Of a stretch of 64,000 nucleotides of DNA, positions 11,578 through 23,317 are shown in pieces; within the stretch, counting starts at the first letter, position 1, and each line of letters begins with the position of its first letter. A model generated the notes under the pieces. It ran no database searches. It saw only the letters and a list, made by a program, of their open reading frames with translations, and was not told the DNA's origin. Made by a program: the position numbers and the translations under genes. Source of the stretch: Octopus sinensis (lineage: Eukaryota); contig NC_043011.1 in the NCBI RefSeq assembly GCF_006345805.1, positions 12,226,464 to 12,290,463 of the forward strand, given 5' to 3'.

Positions 11578-11898
11578 TACAGAGATGTACTTGCATAGCA
11601 AGTGACTTGATCTGAGATCGTGTGCTGGAACGAAAACAGTTGCAGCGTTGAAGGTGTTTATAAGCCATTTAAGAAACACACAAAAACCGTTAGATTCACT
11701 TCAACATTTAAATTTAATTTGTGAAAATATTTTCGTCGCTTTGAGACCGCGACCTGTTAGCACGATATTTTTGTCAGTGAAAAGGTCGCGGTCTGAAAGC
11801 GACGAAAATATTTTGGCAAATTAAATTTAAATGTTGAAGTGAATGTAACGGTTATTGTGTGTTTCTTAAATGGCTTACAAACACCTTCCAGGCTGCAA
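11578..11898. mobile_element. Palindromic repeat element (arms about 120 bp); second partial copy at about 1150-1380
   Basis: 11636-11757 mirrors 11780-11898; the outer segment agagatgtacttgcatagcaagtgacttgatctgagatcgtgtgctg is the reverse complement of 1335-1380. Confidence 0.7.
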
Positions 11899-11974
11899 TA
11901 TATATATACACACATATATATATATGTATGTATGTATGTATGTGTGTATATGTGTATGCATGTATGTGTGTGTG

Positions 11975-12200
11975 TGTGCGTGTCTGTGCTTGTGATTGTC
12001 CTCCACCACTGCTTGACAACGAATGTTGGTTTGTTTACATCCCTGTCACCTAGTGGTTTGACAAAGGAAACAGATAGAATAAGTACAATGCTTACAAAAA
12101 TAAAACTGGAGTTGATTCATTAAACTACAATTCTTCAAGGCATTGCCCCAGCATGGCCACAGACCAATGGCTGGAAAAAGCAGAAGAATAAAAGAATACA
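11975..12200 (+). mobile_element. Old degenerate SINE A 3' half (similar remnants at 1-40, 2576-2790, 13585-13750, 15470-15680)
   Basis: gcttgacaac..tgttggtttgtttacatccctgtcacctag..cccagcatggccacag. Confidence 0.6.
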
Positions 12201-12266
12201 TTCTCTGCTTTGGTCATATGTTGAAGGCATGAGAAAGCTTGAGTTTACATGAGAAGGCCTAACAGA

Positions 12267-12745
12267 CCTGGTAGAAACAGCAGCCAAATCCCCCTCAAAT
12301 CACACCTTACTGTCTTATGTATGTATATATATATGAGCCAATGAGGGGGACCTCTACATGGTAGCTAGACCTGGTAGAAATAGCAGCCAAATTTCCCCCA
12401 AATCACACCTTACTGTCTTATCTATGTATATATGTATGTATGAGCCTATGAGGGAGACCCCTACATGGCAGCTAGACCTGGTAGAAATAGCAGCCAAATT
12501 TCCCCCAAATCACACCTTACTGTCTTATCTATGTATATATGTATGTATGAGCCTATGAGGGAGACCCCTACATGGCAGCTAGACCTGGTAGAAATAGCAG
12601 CCAAATTTCCCCCAAATCACACCTTACTGTCTTATCTATGTATATATGTATGTATGAGCCTATGAGGGAGACCCCTACATGACAGCTAGACATGGTAGAA
12701 ATAGCAGCCAAATCTCCCTCAAATCACACCTTACTGTCTTATCTT
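12267..12745. repeat. 107-bp minisatellite, about 4.5 units
   Basis: agacctggtagaaatagcagccaaatttcccccaaatcacaccttactgtctta... starts at 12267, 12367, 12474, 12581, 12688. Confidence 0.9.
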
Positions 12746-12769
12746 TCTGCTACTTGGATATAGGTGTTA

Positions 12770-13250
12770 TATTCGTCGTAAAAAAACTTTCCTGTCACAC
12801 ACTCACGCACACGCACACACACACACGCACCCTCACACACACACACACGCGCACACCCACACACACCCACTCACACACACGCACGTTAGCTTACAATTTT
12901 ATTTATATATTTGCGTGTGTATGTGTGGAAAGAGGAAGTGGGAAGCAGAGTGAAAGAATCACTCACTACAGTAAGTCAATTACTTTCATTTTATTCGTTG
13001 CCCACTGTGTGTGTGCGTTTGCGTGTGCTGTAAACCAGACTAAGAAAAGCATTTGACACACACATCAGAATGTGAGTTTTCTGTAAATTTTGCTTAACTG
13101 GAGTTTAAATTTTAAAAACTGGACCTGGCATGACGCGATGCATTGTACTCTTAAAAATGCAAGGTAAATTGTAATTGAAGAAATCCTATATTGTAGATTT
13201 GTATAACTCCCAAAGGGAGGCAGATAAAATCTGCCTTTTATAATAAGAGA
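12770..13250 (-). mobile_element. Helitron-like element (family 3), 5' portion
   Basis: A|TCTCTTATTATAAAAGGCAGATTTTATCTGCC 5' end; matches 50134-50404. Confidence 0.6.
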
Positions 13251-13752
13251 TATATATATATATATAGATAGATAGATAGATAGATATATAGTGATATCTT
13301 GGTCTTGCTATGTATATCCATCTGTATGTCTGAACTTCCTTCCTTTATTAATCATAGAACTCGATATTACTTAGTCACTGTCCTCTACAAGCATTGACTG
13401 TGAGACATTGTGATACAGAGCAAAATATTAATGAAGAATCGTAAAAGAACGTGAATAATATAATGAGAATCATTAGCTTAAGAGGACAGAATACTACCTA
13501 ATGAATACTGCACTATATTTGTATGGTATCTTTAATGCTTAATTGAATCTGTTTGTCTGGGAAAGACCTTACACACATACAAAGCCACAGGTGTGGCTAT
13601 GGAAAAGAAGCTTGCTTTCCAACCATCTGGCCTTGGCTTCAGTCCACTGCACAACTGATTCAATGTGTGTTTTCTGCTATAAGCTTTGTGAATGGATTTG
13701 ATAGATGGAAACTAAAAGAAGCCCATTGTGTGTGTGTGTGTGTGTGTGTATA

Positions 13753-14980
13753 CGAAGGGGTACCCAAAAGAAATTGTAATTTTGCAATAATATTTTTTTC
13801 AGTTAGTTTTACAGGTTTACTCTTTTATCGCCTGCAAAATATCCATTTGAAGCAATGCATCGGTCCAGATGCATTTTCCCCTATTCGAAACAATCCTGGA
13901 ACTCTTGCAAAGTGATGCCTTTTTAATGCTTCAGTCGGTTTTTTCTTCACCTCTTTCACATCTGCAAAACGTTTTCCTTTAAGGTCTTTTTTCATTCAGA
14001 ACAAAAAAAAATAAAAATAAATAAATAAATAAAAACTGCAGGGAACAAGATCAACTTCCATCTGTTCATTTAGTTCATGACACACATTCAGTCGTGACTA
14101 TTTTTGATATTCCATGAGCATCATCATCATCATTGTTCGACCGCGGTCGAGACAATGGAATTTACTATGCTACACCAGACTTCACGGTCCATCATAGCAT
14201 TATGGAGGTCCTGTTGCTGGATGCCTGTATCCCTGGAGATTACATCAGGGTAGGAGAGTGTGCGCCCTCTGGTATCGCGAGTAGATGGCTTCCAGAGGAG
14301 AAGTGAAGTTGCCTCGTTTTCAGCTCTACAACAATTTCCAGCAAACTGAACTCTCCTACCTTTCACAAGAGATGATACAGGTGGTAGTTTCCGATATATT
14401 TGTACTTTGGTTGGATGACGCTTCCACGAGAGCAAGCAAGGCACAGCTTTTGTTGCAACTCTTTTCATTCGGAATTCCTCACTCAAAATTCGTTGTTAGG
14501 AGCTTCAGGACACACCAGTCATATCAAGTTCATGAATTGTTCGGCAACGCTCCTCCATGAATTTTCATGATGTTTTCATTTGTTCTGGGGTGGGTGCAAC
14601 GGTTTCCCCGAATGAGGTTTGTCTTCAAGCAACAAGGGCCCATTCCAGAAGTGTGAAAAACCACTCTTAAACTTGTGTTTTGCCCATGCCAGCCTCCTTA
14701 TAAGCTGTTGATTGTTTCAACTGCCGTTTGCCTCAACAGAAAACAGAATTTCACAGAAGCACACTGGTTCTTCATTTCATCCGTTGAAAGAACGGACAAA
14801 AAGGGGAGAAGCACTGCAAAACAAAGATGCATTACGTGGCAACTATGGCTCTGCTCAATGATGCCAGTCGGCAGATTGATGCCTAAGGGTTGCATCAAGT
14901 GACTTCTGGCGGCGGAAGCCTGAACTACAATGAGCTTGTCCCACAGAGAACGTTTCTGGTTTCTTCTGGATACCTCCTCA
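13753..14980 (-). mobile_element. Decayed mariner transposon interrupted by a LINE
   Basis: TA flanks, degenerate TACGAGG-type TIRs; remnants QCASVKFCFLLRQTAVET and ILSEEFRMKRVATKAVPCLL. Confidence 0.8.
14118..14430 (-). mobile_element. 5'-truncated RTE/RTEX-like LINE 3' end
   Basis: SWKRHPTKVQIYRKLPPVSSLVKGRRVQFAGNCCRAENEATSLLLWKPS...RGRTLSYPDVISRDTG...DREVW; (GAT)n tail; short TGCTC duplication. Confidence 0.75.
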
Positions 14981-15163
14981 TATATACACACACACACACA
15001 CATACATGTATATATGTGCATACATATTGTTGGCAGGCCACTGATATTAAAATATATTGGACTTGTTGTGTATATAAACAAATTGGTTACCTATTTCTCT
15101 GGGATTAATCAGATGATGTAGACACCTCTGATGAGAACTCAATAGGGTTTGAAAATTGATTAA

Positions 15164-15380
15164 CCCTTTAATGTTAGCATTATTCTACAAAATTAATGCT
15201 GTTTTATCCACATTGTTTTGAACTAATCATGCATTATCTTGTAGCTATGAGATTTTGATGAGGTAGCTGTTAATTTTTAAAACGATATTGTAGGGCTGGT
15301 GTGAGAGACCAGATCTGGCCAGTTTGAACATAAAACAGGCATAATACATCTGGCCGGATATGGCTGGTTTAAATGCTGGG
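15164..15380. mobile_element. piggyBac-type MITE (second family)
   Basis: TTAA on both flanks, CCC...GGG ends; reverse complement of 44660-44878. Confidence 0.7.
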
Positions 15381-15964
15381 TTAAGACTGTTTGTCAGTTT
15401 CTTTACAATCTGTGGAGAAATCAATAAGTTTGCTATGTTTGTATGTCCACTATATATATTCACATACATATGTATTTATGTGTGGTTGTTCCCCACCATT
15501 GCTTGACAATCGATGTTGGTATGTTTATGTCGCTGTACGTTTGCAGTTTGGCAAAAGAGATTGATAGAATACCGTACTTAGGAAATAGGAAGCATTCAGT
15601 TAAATTCTTCAAGGCAGTGCCCCAGCATTTCCACAGTCCACTGACCAACAAATAAAAGATAAAATATAAAGATAGGTAAAGAGTTAGATCAACAGAGATA
15701 TATTGATGTAGGTATTCAATAAATATTTGTCTCCAAATTTGGTTTACATTTGTACTCTACATTCGAAAGATTGGAACAGAACTACAGAACGGAATCTGGG
15801 TAATAACATGATTGCTACTCTCATGTGGATTTTTAAAAATACAGCTAAATATAAGGTGTTCTAAACATTGGCTATATATCATGATCAATAAATCACACCC
15901 TATATGTTTATATACTCTCAGATTTATGTACACAGTATGCATATGTATATATATATATATGTAT

Positions 15965-16268
15965 ATCACTTGACCGACCTGACTATCAGATGTTGCTACA
16001 CATCGCTGGTCACAATGCACTTCATATATTTTTTATACTTCAAATGATGCCACCCTGCTGGCTAAGCGAGCAGGCCTACAGAAGAAAGAGTGAGAGAAAG
16101 TTGTGGCGAAAGAGTACAGCAGGGATCGCCACCACCCCCAGCTGGAGCTTCATGGAGCTTTAGGTGTCTTCGCTCAATAAACACTCACAACGCCCGGTCT
16201 GGGAATCGAAACGGCGATCCTACAACCGCGAGTCCGCTGCCCTAACTACTGAACCATTGCGCCTCCAC
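15965..16268 (-). mobile_element. tRNA-derived SINE family C
   Basis: Head gtggaggcgcaatgg..gtagttagggcagcggactcgcggt..gtttcgattccc. Confidence 0.85.
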
Positions 16269-16270
16269 AC

Positions 16271-16319
<49 letters not shown>

Positions 16320-16625
16320 CATATAAGTAAATAGAAGGGATTATAATTCTAGTTGTGTCTTCATGAAGCACGTCTGTGTATTCCAACTATCATTTGTGTG
16401 TATGAAGAAAATCATACATGCAACTTGAAATTCCTGACCAAGTATACTATTTGCATAGTATGTATTAAAATAATGACTGCAATTTACGTACTATTTTAAT
16501 ACTGTAATTACAAATATTTCATTACATCATAGTATCATTTTAGGACCAAGACTGAAGATTTTCACATTGGAAAAGATCTAAATGTATGTATGTATACATT
16601 TTATTATGAATTCATTATGTTTATA

Positions 16626-16943
16626 CTGTTGTGTCTGGGGAGAGTCATTCTCTTTTAGTGCCTTATTATTTAACACACTCACCGGTAGAATTTCCACTTT
16701 TTTTCTTATTTTTATTTTCTAAAATTTTCGTTGCGTCTTGCAACCTTTTCAATAGTTTTGACTCTCAATAGTTTTGAGAGTCAAAACTATTGAAAAGGTT
16801 GCAAGACGCAACAAACATTTTAGAAAATAAGAATAAGAAAAATTTTAGAAAATAAAAATAAGAAAAAAAAAGTGGAAATTCTACCGGTGAGTGTGTTAAA
16901 TAATAAGACACCAAAAGAGAATGACTCTCCCCAGACACAACAG
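16626..16943. mobile_element. 318-bp near-perfect palindrome (fold-back/MITE-like)
   Basis: ctgttgtgtctggggagagtcattctc... mirrors ...gagaatgactctccccagacacaacag; 9-nt centre at 16767-16775. Confidence 0.8.
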
Positions 16944-17478
16944 AATATGCTTCAACACACGAACTCATATAAAGAATCTTGCAAACCAAATCCAAAAACG
17001 AAATATATTTATATTATTATTAATATAAATATCATGCTTATAAAATGTATTTCTCACGTTGTAATGAAACGTAACTATAATATTAAAATAATACCATAAA
17101 TTCCAGTCTTTGTTTTAATATATTTGTGTGCGTGTGTAAGATATAAAAATTGGATTTAAAGAATCACGTGCAATATACTGTAATCCCCTCCAACGTGTAC
17201 CTCATTGTCAGTTCACAAATCTAATTTAATTCCAACATAATTTAACAGAATCATGCAACTGAGAACTAGGGATCTACAAACAATAGGAAGTGCCCTTTGA
17301 TGAGTATATAATATGCAAATAAAATAATGAGAAGAAGAAAGAAGAATTTTAATACTTCTGTAGAGGTTACAGCTGTTTCGTAACCACTCAGATTAGAATC
17401 AACTTCGGTGGAGGCTTATATATGCATATACATCTCTCTCTCTATATATATATATGTATGTGTATCTGTGTGTGTACA

Positions 17479-17810
17479 TCTCTCTATTTTTAATGGCAAA
17501 ATGTCTGTCTGTGTGTGTGCCCTTTATACAAATCCACAATTTTTCAGTTTGAGGCTCGCACTTTCTATGGTCATTCAAAACCGTCCAAGGGTGGTCGTGC
17601 ACATCTTTACATTTCCCCAGTCACCCCGCAAAGCTATTAAAAAATCAATAGAAGTGACTTTTTGTGAATTTTCTATCCAAAACCCAATCAAAATGCCTGA
17701 AACTTGATACGCCAATTGAATGCCAGCTAGCTGTATGTGATTGGTCGGAGATTTGGACAGTACTCGTGCGTATGTACGCACGCAGCTGTATATGCATGCA
17801 CTAGCACTAT
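17479..17810 (+). mobile_element. Helitron family 2 copy truncated inside its 3' hairpin
   Basis: Reverse complement of the 49243-49606 body; stops after ctagcactat. Confidence 0.7.
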
Positions 17811-18014
17811 ATACATGTGTATAAAGTCTGATGATATATGGAAAAGAGAAGATGACATCTTCAGACTGCATTAGGAAGGATACCTTAAAAACTTAACAAT
17901 ATTCATTCATTTAAACTCAATGTGGAGTAGATAAAATATTAGAGAAATGAATAGCCCTGATGGTAATTAATCACAGAAAACTAAGTGTCAACATAAATCA
18001 GAGAGTCAGTGTTG

Positions 18015-18150
18015 AATCACTATGGGAGAAGAGAGGTGTTAGGCTGGCCACCAAATTGATGGTGGATCAAGCAGGGGTACTGCCTATACTTTTGTATGCC
18101 TGTGAGATTTGGATGGTATACGAACACCATACCAAATGGCTAAACCGCTT
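18015..18150 (+). mobile_element. RTE (BovB-like) LINE fragment
   Basis: WEKRGVRLATKLMVDQAGVLPILLYACEIWMVYEHHTKWLN resembles the RTE post-RT LLYACETW region. Confidence 0.6.
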
Positions 18151-18224
18151 GACACTCAATCCAATTGAAAATATCTTACAAAACCACTACAAGTATCTAC
18201 AAGACTGGTCAAGTATCTTGAAAC

Positions 18225-18606
18225 ATTTTATTTTTAATTTAATTTTTTTTTTTGGCTCAAAAAGCAAAAGCAAGGCCATGTAGGGGGACAGGGAGGGTGG
18301 TCATGCAAAGAGTTCAGGCCATTTCTGGTCAAGAGAGACCCCGAAACGAACGGACGTCGGCATACTCACCATCTCGTCCGGCAGCTTATTCTACAGATCT
18401 GCAACCTGGACAGAGAAAGCCCCTCTCTCTCGACTGAGATGAAATCGTCGCAGATAGAGCTTTTTGGAGTGACGCTCTGGAGCAGGAGGGAAGAACAAGC
18501 CCTTTCGAGAGGTTACACTTTCCGCCTATGATGTTGTGAGCGAGAATGAGATCACCACGGCGTCGTTGTTTTTCTATAGAATAAAGGTTGAGCATCTTCA
18601 GCTTCA
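18225..18606 (-). mobile_element. CR1/L2-like LINE 3' fragment
   Basis: LKMLNLYSIEKQRRRGDLILAHNII (L..LE.RR.RGDLI motif); A-rich tail. Confidence 0.7.
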
Positions 18607-19720
18607 ATGCTGAAACTCATTGAAAATCATGAGGAGCATAAGAAGCTTCATTCTGCCATAAAGGAGAGTAAAAAATTTGCTATTGAGTCCATGCATGATA
18701 CTCGGGTTGAAAAACCTAAGGGAGGTGCAGCAACTGTTGTTGCAAAGAAAGTGAAATCAATAGCAAAGAGAAAATCGCAAGAACAATCAGCTGATTGATG
18801 GGAGCAGAAATCTTTGCATGGCAAGTATGTGGCCCATAGTAAACAAGCTAATGTTGACCAGAAACACACCCATCAGTGGCCACAGAGCTCAGGGCTAAAA
18901 GTAGAGAGCAAGGGTTTCATCTAAGTTGTTCAAGATTAAAGCTTACCAAGCCAATGGGATGAAATATGGAGTAGACCCAAAGTGCCAATTCTACAACGAC
19001 AAGATTGAAACAATGGACCACCTAATCTCTGGATGTAAAGTTTTAGCATCAATGGAGCATAAATCAAGACATGACAGAGTTGGCTAATATCTACACTGGT
19101 TAATATGTCGGCATTATAAAATCAGAACTGCTGACAAATGGTATAAGCACCACCCTGAGGCTGTAACTAAGGGAGAAAGTGTAATGACTCTTTGGGGCTT
19201 TCCAGTACATACAGACTGAACCATCAAAGCTAATAAACCTGATATTGTTGTGAAAAACAAAACAATAAAGTTTGTTTATTTACTGACATGAATATTTCAT
19301 GTGGTCTTGGCAAAAGTATTTGACAAGCTAAGAAAATAAAGATTTGCCCATTGAAATCGAAAATATGAGACATCTCAAGGTGGTTACAATACTATTGATT
19401 GTAGGAGCACTTTGAATGATCAAAATAAAAGAACTGAAAATTATCTGAGAATGATCTCTAGCTTACCATCCATGCAAGAAGTGCAAAAGGTTGTTTTAAC
19501 TGGTATGTCTCACATATTGAACGTTGTTGATGTGAGAACGATTTCTTTTTTCTTATTTTCTTTTTTTTTCACATAACTTTGTAAATGAATAATCTCGTGT
19601 GCTTATTTTAATGGCTTAACAATGCATACAGTGAGTTTCTTTGCCCTAGGTATCTGGAAGACGCTCATCAAAAATGGAACCAAAATTGAAAGAAGGAAAA
19701 ACTCGTAATAATAGGTTGCT
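18607..19720 (+). mobile_element. Decayed R4/Dong-clade non-LTR element, 3' part (zinc knuckle and restriction-like endonuclease)
   Basis: DPKCQFYNDKIETMDHLISGC, SRHDRVG*YLHW, TIKANKPDIVV; multiple stops. Confidence 0.75.
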
Positions 19721-21774
19721 GCCCAAACAACAATGATGACAATGACGATGATGAAGAGGAGGAGGAGGAGGTGTACATGCTGTTAAAAGCGCCCAAAATC
19801 TGAAATTCACCTAATTATCACCAGGATGATTTTCAACAATTTCTGATATATATTGTGCTTTTAAACACAGCACGTCCAGAAGAAATGTCTCCGGATCACT
19901 ACTACAGTAAGCTTGCCTTTCACGATGTACTTACCTTAAGTATGACATGCTGAGAGCTAATAAATGTACATGTATATATCATATATATTTACATGTACAA
20001 GCCTGGCTGTGTAGTAAGAAGCTTGCTTCTGTGCATGCGTTGTTGTCAGTGTTTTTCTTTGCACTGAAAGAAGTCACAATGCTGGTTTGCAGCGTAGTGA
20101 ATTAAGTGAAGCTCAATTACAAGGTAAGGCGTATATTTTTGGGGATTCGGTGGGGGTTTGTCGTTTAGTGTTTATTTTCTCAAGCAAGAAATCCTCACTG
20201 GATTCCAGGCACCTTTCTGCCTGCAGCTGGGTATTTGAATTCCTACTTAACGTGAATTATTTTTTTTTGGGGGGGGGGCGTATCCCGCCTTCAAAAATTT
20301 GTAAAATTTGATTTTTTCTAAAATTGGATTTTTTAAACTGTTCCTGTTGCTACCTGTTGATAGTTGCTGGAAGACTTGTGGATTGTTTTGGAGGCATATC
20401 CCACCTCCAAAAAACTTGAGAATTTGTTCCTGTTGCAGTGTGGCTACCAGTTAGACCTGGAGTACATTCATGGCCGGAAGATTTTGTGTCTGCTGAGTTC
20501 AATCTGTTTCTGAACTGTTTCCTTCCTTTGAACTTTCCTTGAACTCTTTTTTCTCATGAATATGGCAGAAAAAAAAGAAAGACAATGTTCTGAAGTGGGA
20601 GATGGTCCACCCAAACAGTGGTTAAAAGACTTAGAGGATAGGATGGTGGTGTTGAGGACATATTCAAAGTCACTCAACACCATCGCTGTCTTTCCCAAAA
20701 TCGAAATAGAAAGAGTTGGCAGAACATCTGCCAACAATAAAGTTTATTTCTAGGGGTGTCAAGTATGCAATGGTGTGGTTGCTATTTGACATCCCTGAGG
20801 TGGCTCATGTTTGTAAATTATTTCGTATAAATCAAATTTAGTATGCTTATTTCTTATTATTCGAACTTTGAGTTATTTTTGAAATTTATCCAGTCAAATG
20901 CTTAAACAAGTAAATAGTATTTTCCTAAAGAATAGATCCACTTATTTCGGTTAGTGACATATTCACAAATATACTAACACTAGCGCCCCTGAGGGTAATA
21001 TTCTCTGGGAACGCACAAAAGCCCTTTTCAGAGTTATTTACTTTGAATTGTTATTATCTCATATCTGATTAGTCTGTTATTACATAACATGCTTCACGAT
21101 TTTAGTATACATACCTTATTAGTATTTCCTCCTAAGTTCTATACACTCTGTGAATGTATTAAAGCCCTTTTTGGGGGTATTTTATTTGGATTCTTACTAT
21201 TGGATAATTAATTTCATGTTATTACATAACTGACTTTACAATTTGGGTATTCATAACTTATTGGGAATTCCTAAAAACAAGATCTTGTGTAAGATAGTTT
21301 GGTATTCTCAATAAATGCACAAAACCCATTTTAATGGTTACATACTTTGTATTGTGGCTTCTGGATTAGCAAAACAATTATTGGAACGGAACCAAGGGAT
21401 AAGCCCTGCTTTCCCGGGATTTACTGGGTATGTCAGCTAGTGTATTCATATGTGTGTGTGTGAGTGTGTGCGTGTGTATGTGTGTCTGTGTATATATATG
21501 TGTGTGTATATATATATATATATGTACATCATACCACTTGTGAGAACTGAATAGGTGACCTCAAATCATTAGGCACCACACAGATAATCTTGACCAACAA
21601 TATTGACCAACAATTTTGACCACTCCAAAATATACAATTTTTTAAATCTTGATGGACTTAATTCTCCTCCCCATTGTTCTCAATTAGTCTTATCTTTATT
21701 CTTACCTTTATTTTTATTTATATATTTATTTTTTTAATTTCATTTACCTTTTCTCCTGTTCTTCTTCTTTGCCT

Positions 21775-21895
21775 TTGTCCTCCTCCTCCTGCTGTTGTTG
21801 TTGTTGCTGTGTTTGTTGTTGCTGTGTTTGTTGTTGTTGTTGTTGTTGTTCTTCTTCTTCTTCTTCTTCTTCTTCTTCTTCTTCTTCTTCTTCTT
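21775..21895. repeat. Compound (CCT)(GTT)(CTT)n microsatellite
   Basis: Direct reading. Confidence 0.95.
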
Positions 21896-21911
21896 GTGTA
21901 TTATATATATA

Positions 21912-22197
21912 TCATCATCATCATTTAATGTCCGTTTTCCATGCTAGCATGGATTGGACGATTAGACCGGGGTCTGGTAAGCCATGGAGGCTGCACCAGG
22001 CTCCAGTCTGATCTGGCAGTGTTTCTACAGTTGAATGCCCGTCCTAATGCCAACCACTCTGTGAGTGTAGTGGGTGTCTTTTTACGTGCCACCAGCACAG
22101 GGGCCAGAGCAGGCTGGCAAACGGCCACGATCAGTTGGTGCATTTACATGTCACCGACACAGATGCCAGTCAGGCAACGCTAGTATCTGCCACGTTC
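21912..22197 (-). mobile_element. RTE 3'-UTR-derived copy
   Basis: Same consensus and (GAT)n tail. Confidence 0.8.
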
Positions 22198-22198
22198 A

Positions 22199-22248
<50 letters not shown>

Positions 22249-22371
22249 ATAAATTTGCTATTTAAGCAACTAGTAAAACATTACTTGAAGCTTGAGACCC
22301 ATATCTAAGTAACTCTCTGTAAACATTATTATTCCCTCCACCAAAAAGCCATCACTACTCATTTTTTTCAA

Positions 22372-22404
<33 letters not shown>

Positions 22405-23246
22405 ATATATGTATATATATGTATATGTATGTATATATATATGTATATATATGTATATGTATGTATGTATATATATGTATATATATGTATATATATGTAT
22501 GTATATATATGTATATATATATATGTATATATATGTATGTATATATATGTATATATATGTATGTATGTATCTATATGTATATATTTGTATGTATGTATGT
22601 ATATGTATGTATATGTGTATGTATATGTATATATATATATGTATGAATGTGTATGTATATATATATGTATGTATGTGTATACATATATATTTGTTTGTGT
22701 GTGTATACATATATATCATCATCACCATCATTTAATGTCTGTTGTTCATGCTGGCATAGGTTGGATGGTATGACCAGAGCTGGTAAGCTGGAAGGCTGCA
22801 CCACACTCAAGTCTGATTTGGCCTGGTTTTCTATGGCTGGATGCCCTTGCTAACACCAACCGCTCAATGAGCAGGTGCTTTCACGTGTCACCAGCACGGG
22901 TGCCATTTGCATGACCTTTGCCCCACCTAATCTTATTCTCACAGCTTACCTGGTCACCTAGATAATGGATGCTATCTACTACGTCTAGCTTACCTGACTG
23001 GCAGTTGATGGAATCCATTTTTTGTACATTTTCAGTGATTATTATTACTGTACATCTTCCACACATGAAAGCAAGTTTTCCTGTATATATATATATATAT
23101 ACATATGTATGTGTGTGCGTGTATATATATATATATATATATATATCTGTATGTATGTGTATAGATATATACGTATGTGTATGTGTATAGATATATATAT
23201 ATTTATGTATGTATGCATATGTGTATAGATATATATTATTTATGTA

Positions 23247-23317
<71 letters not shown>

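Noticed and set aside
12267-12745. Regularly spaced repeats that superficially resemble a CRISPR array
   Set aside because: Whole units are repeated with no unique spacers, the context is eukaryotic and there are no cas genes
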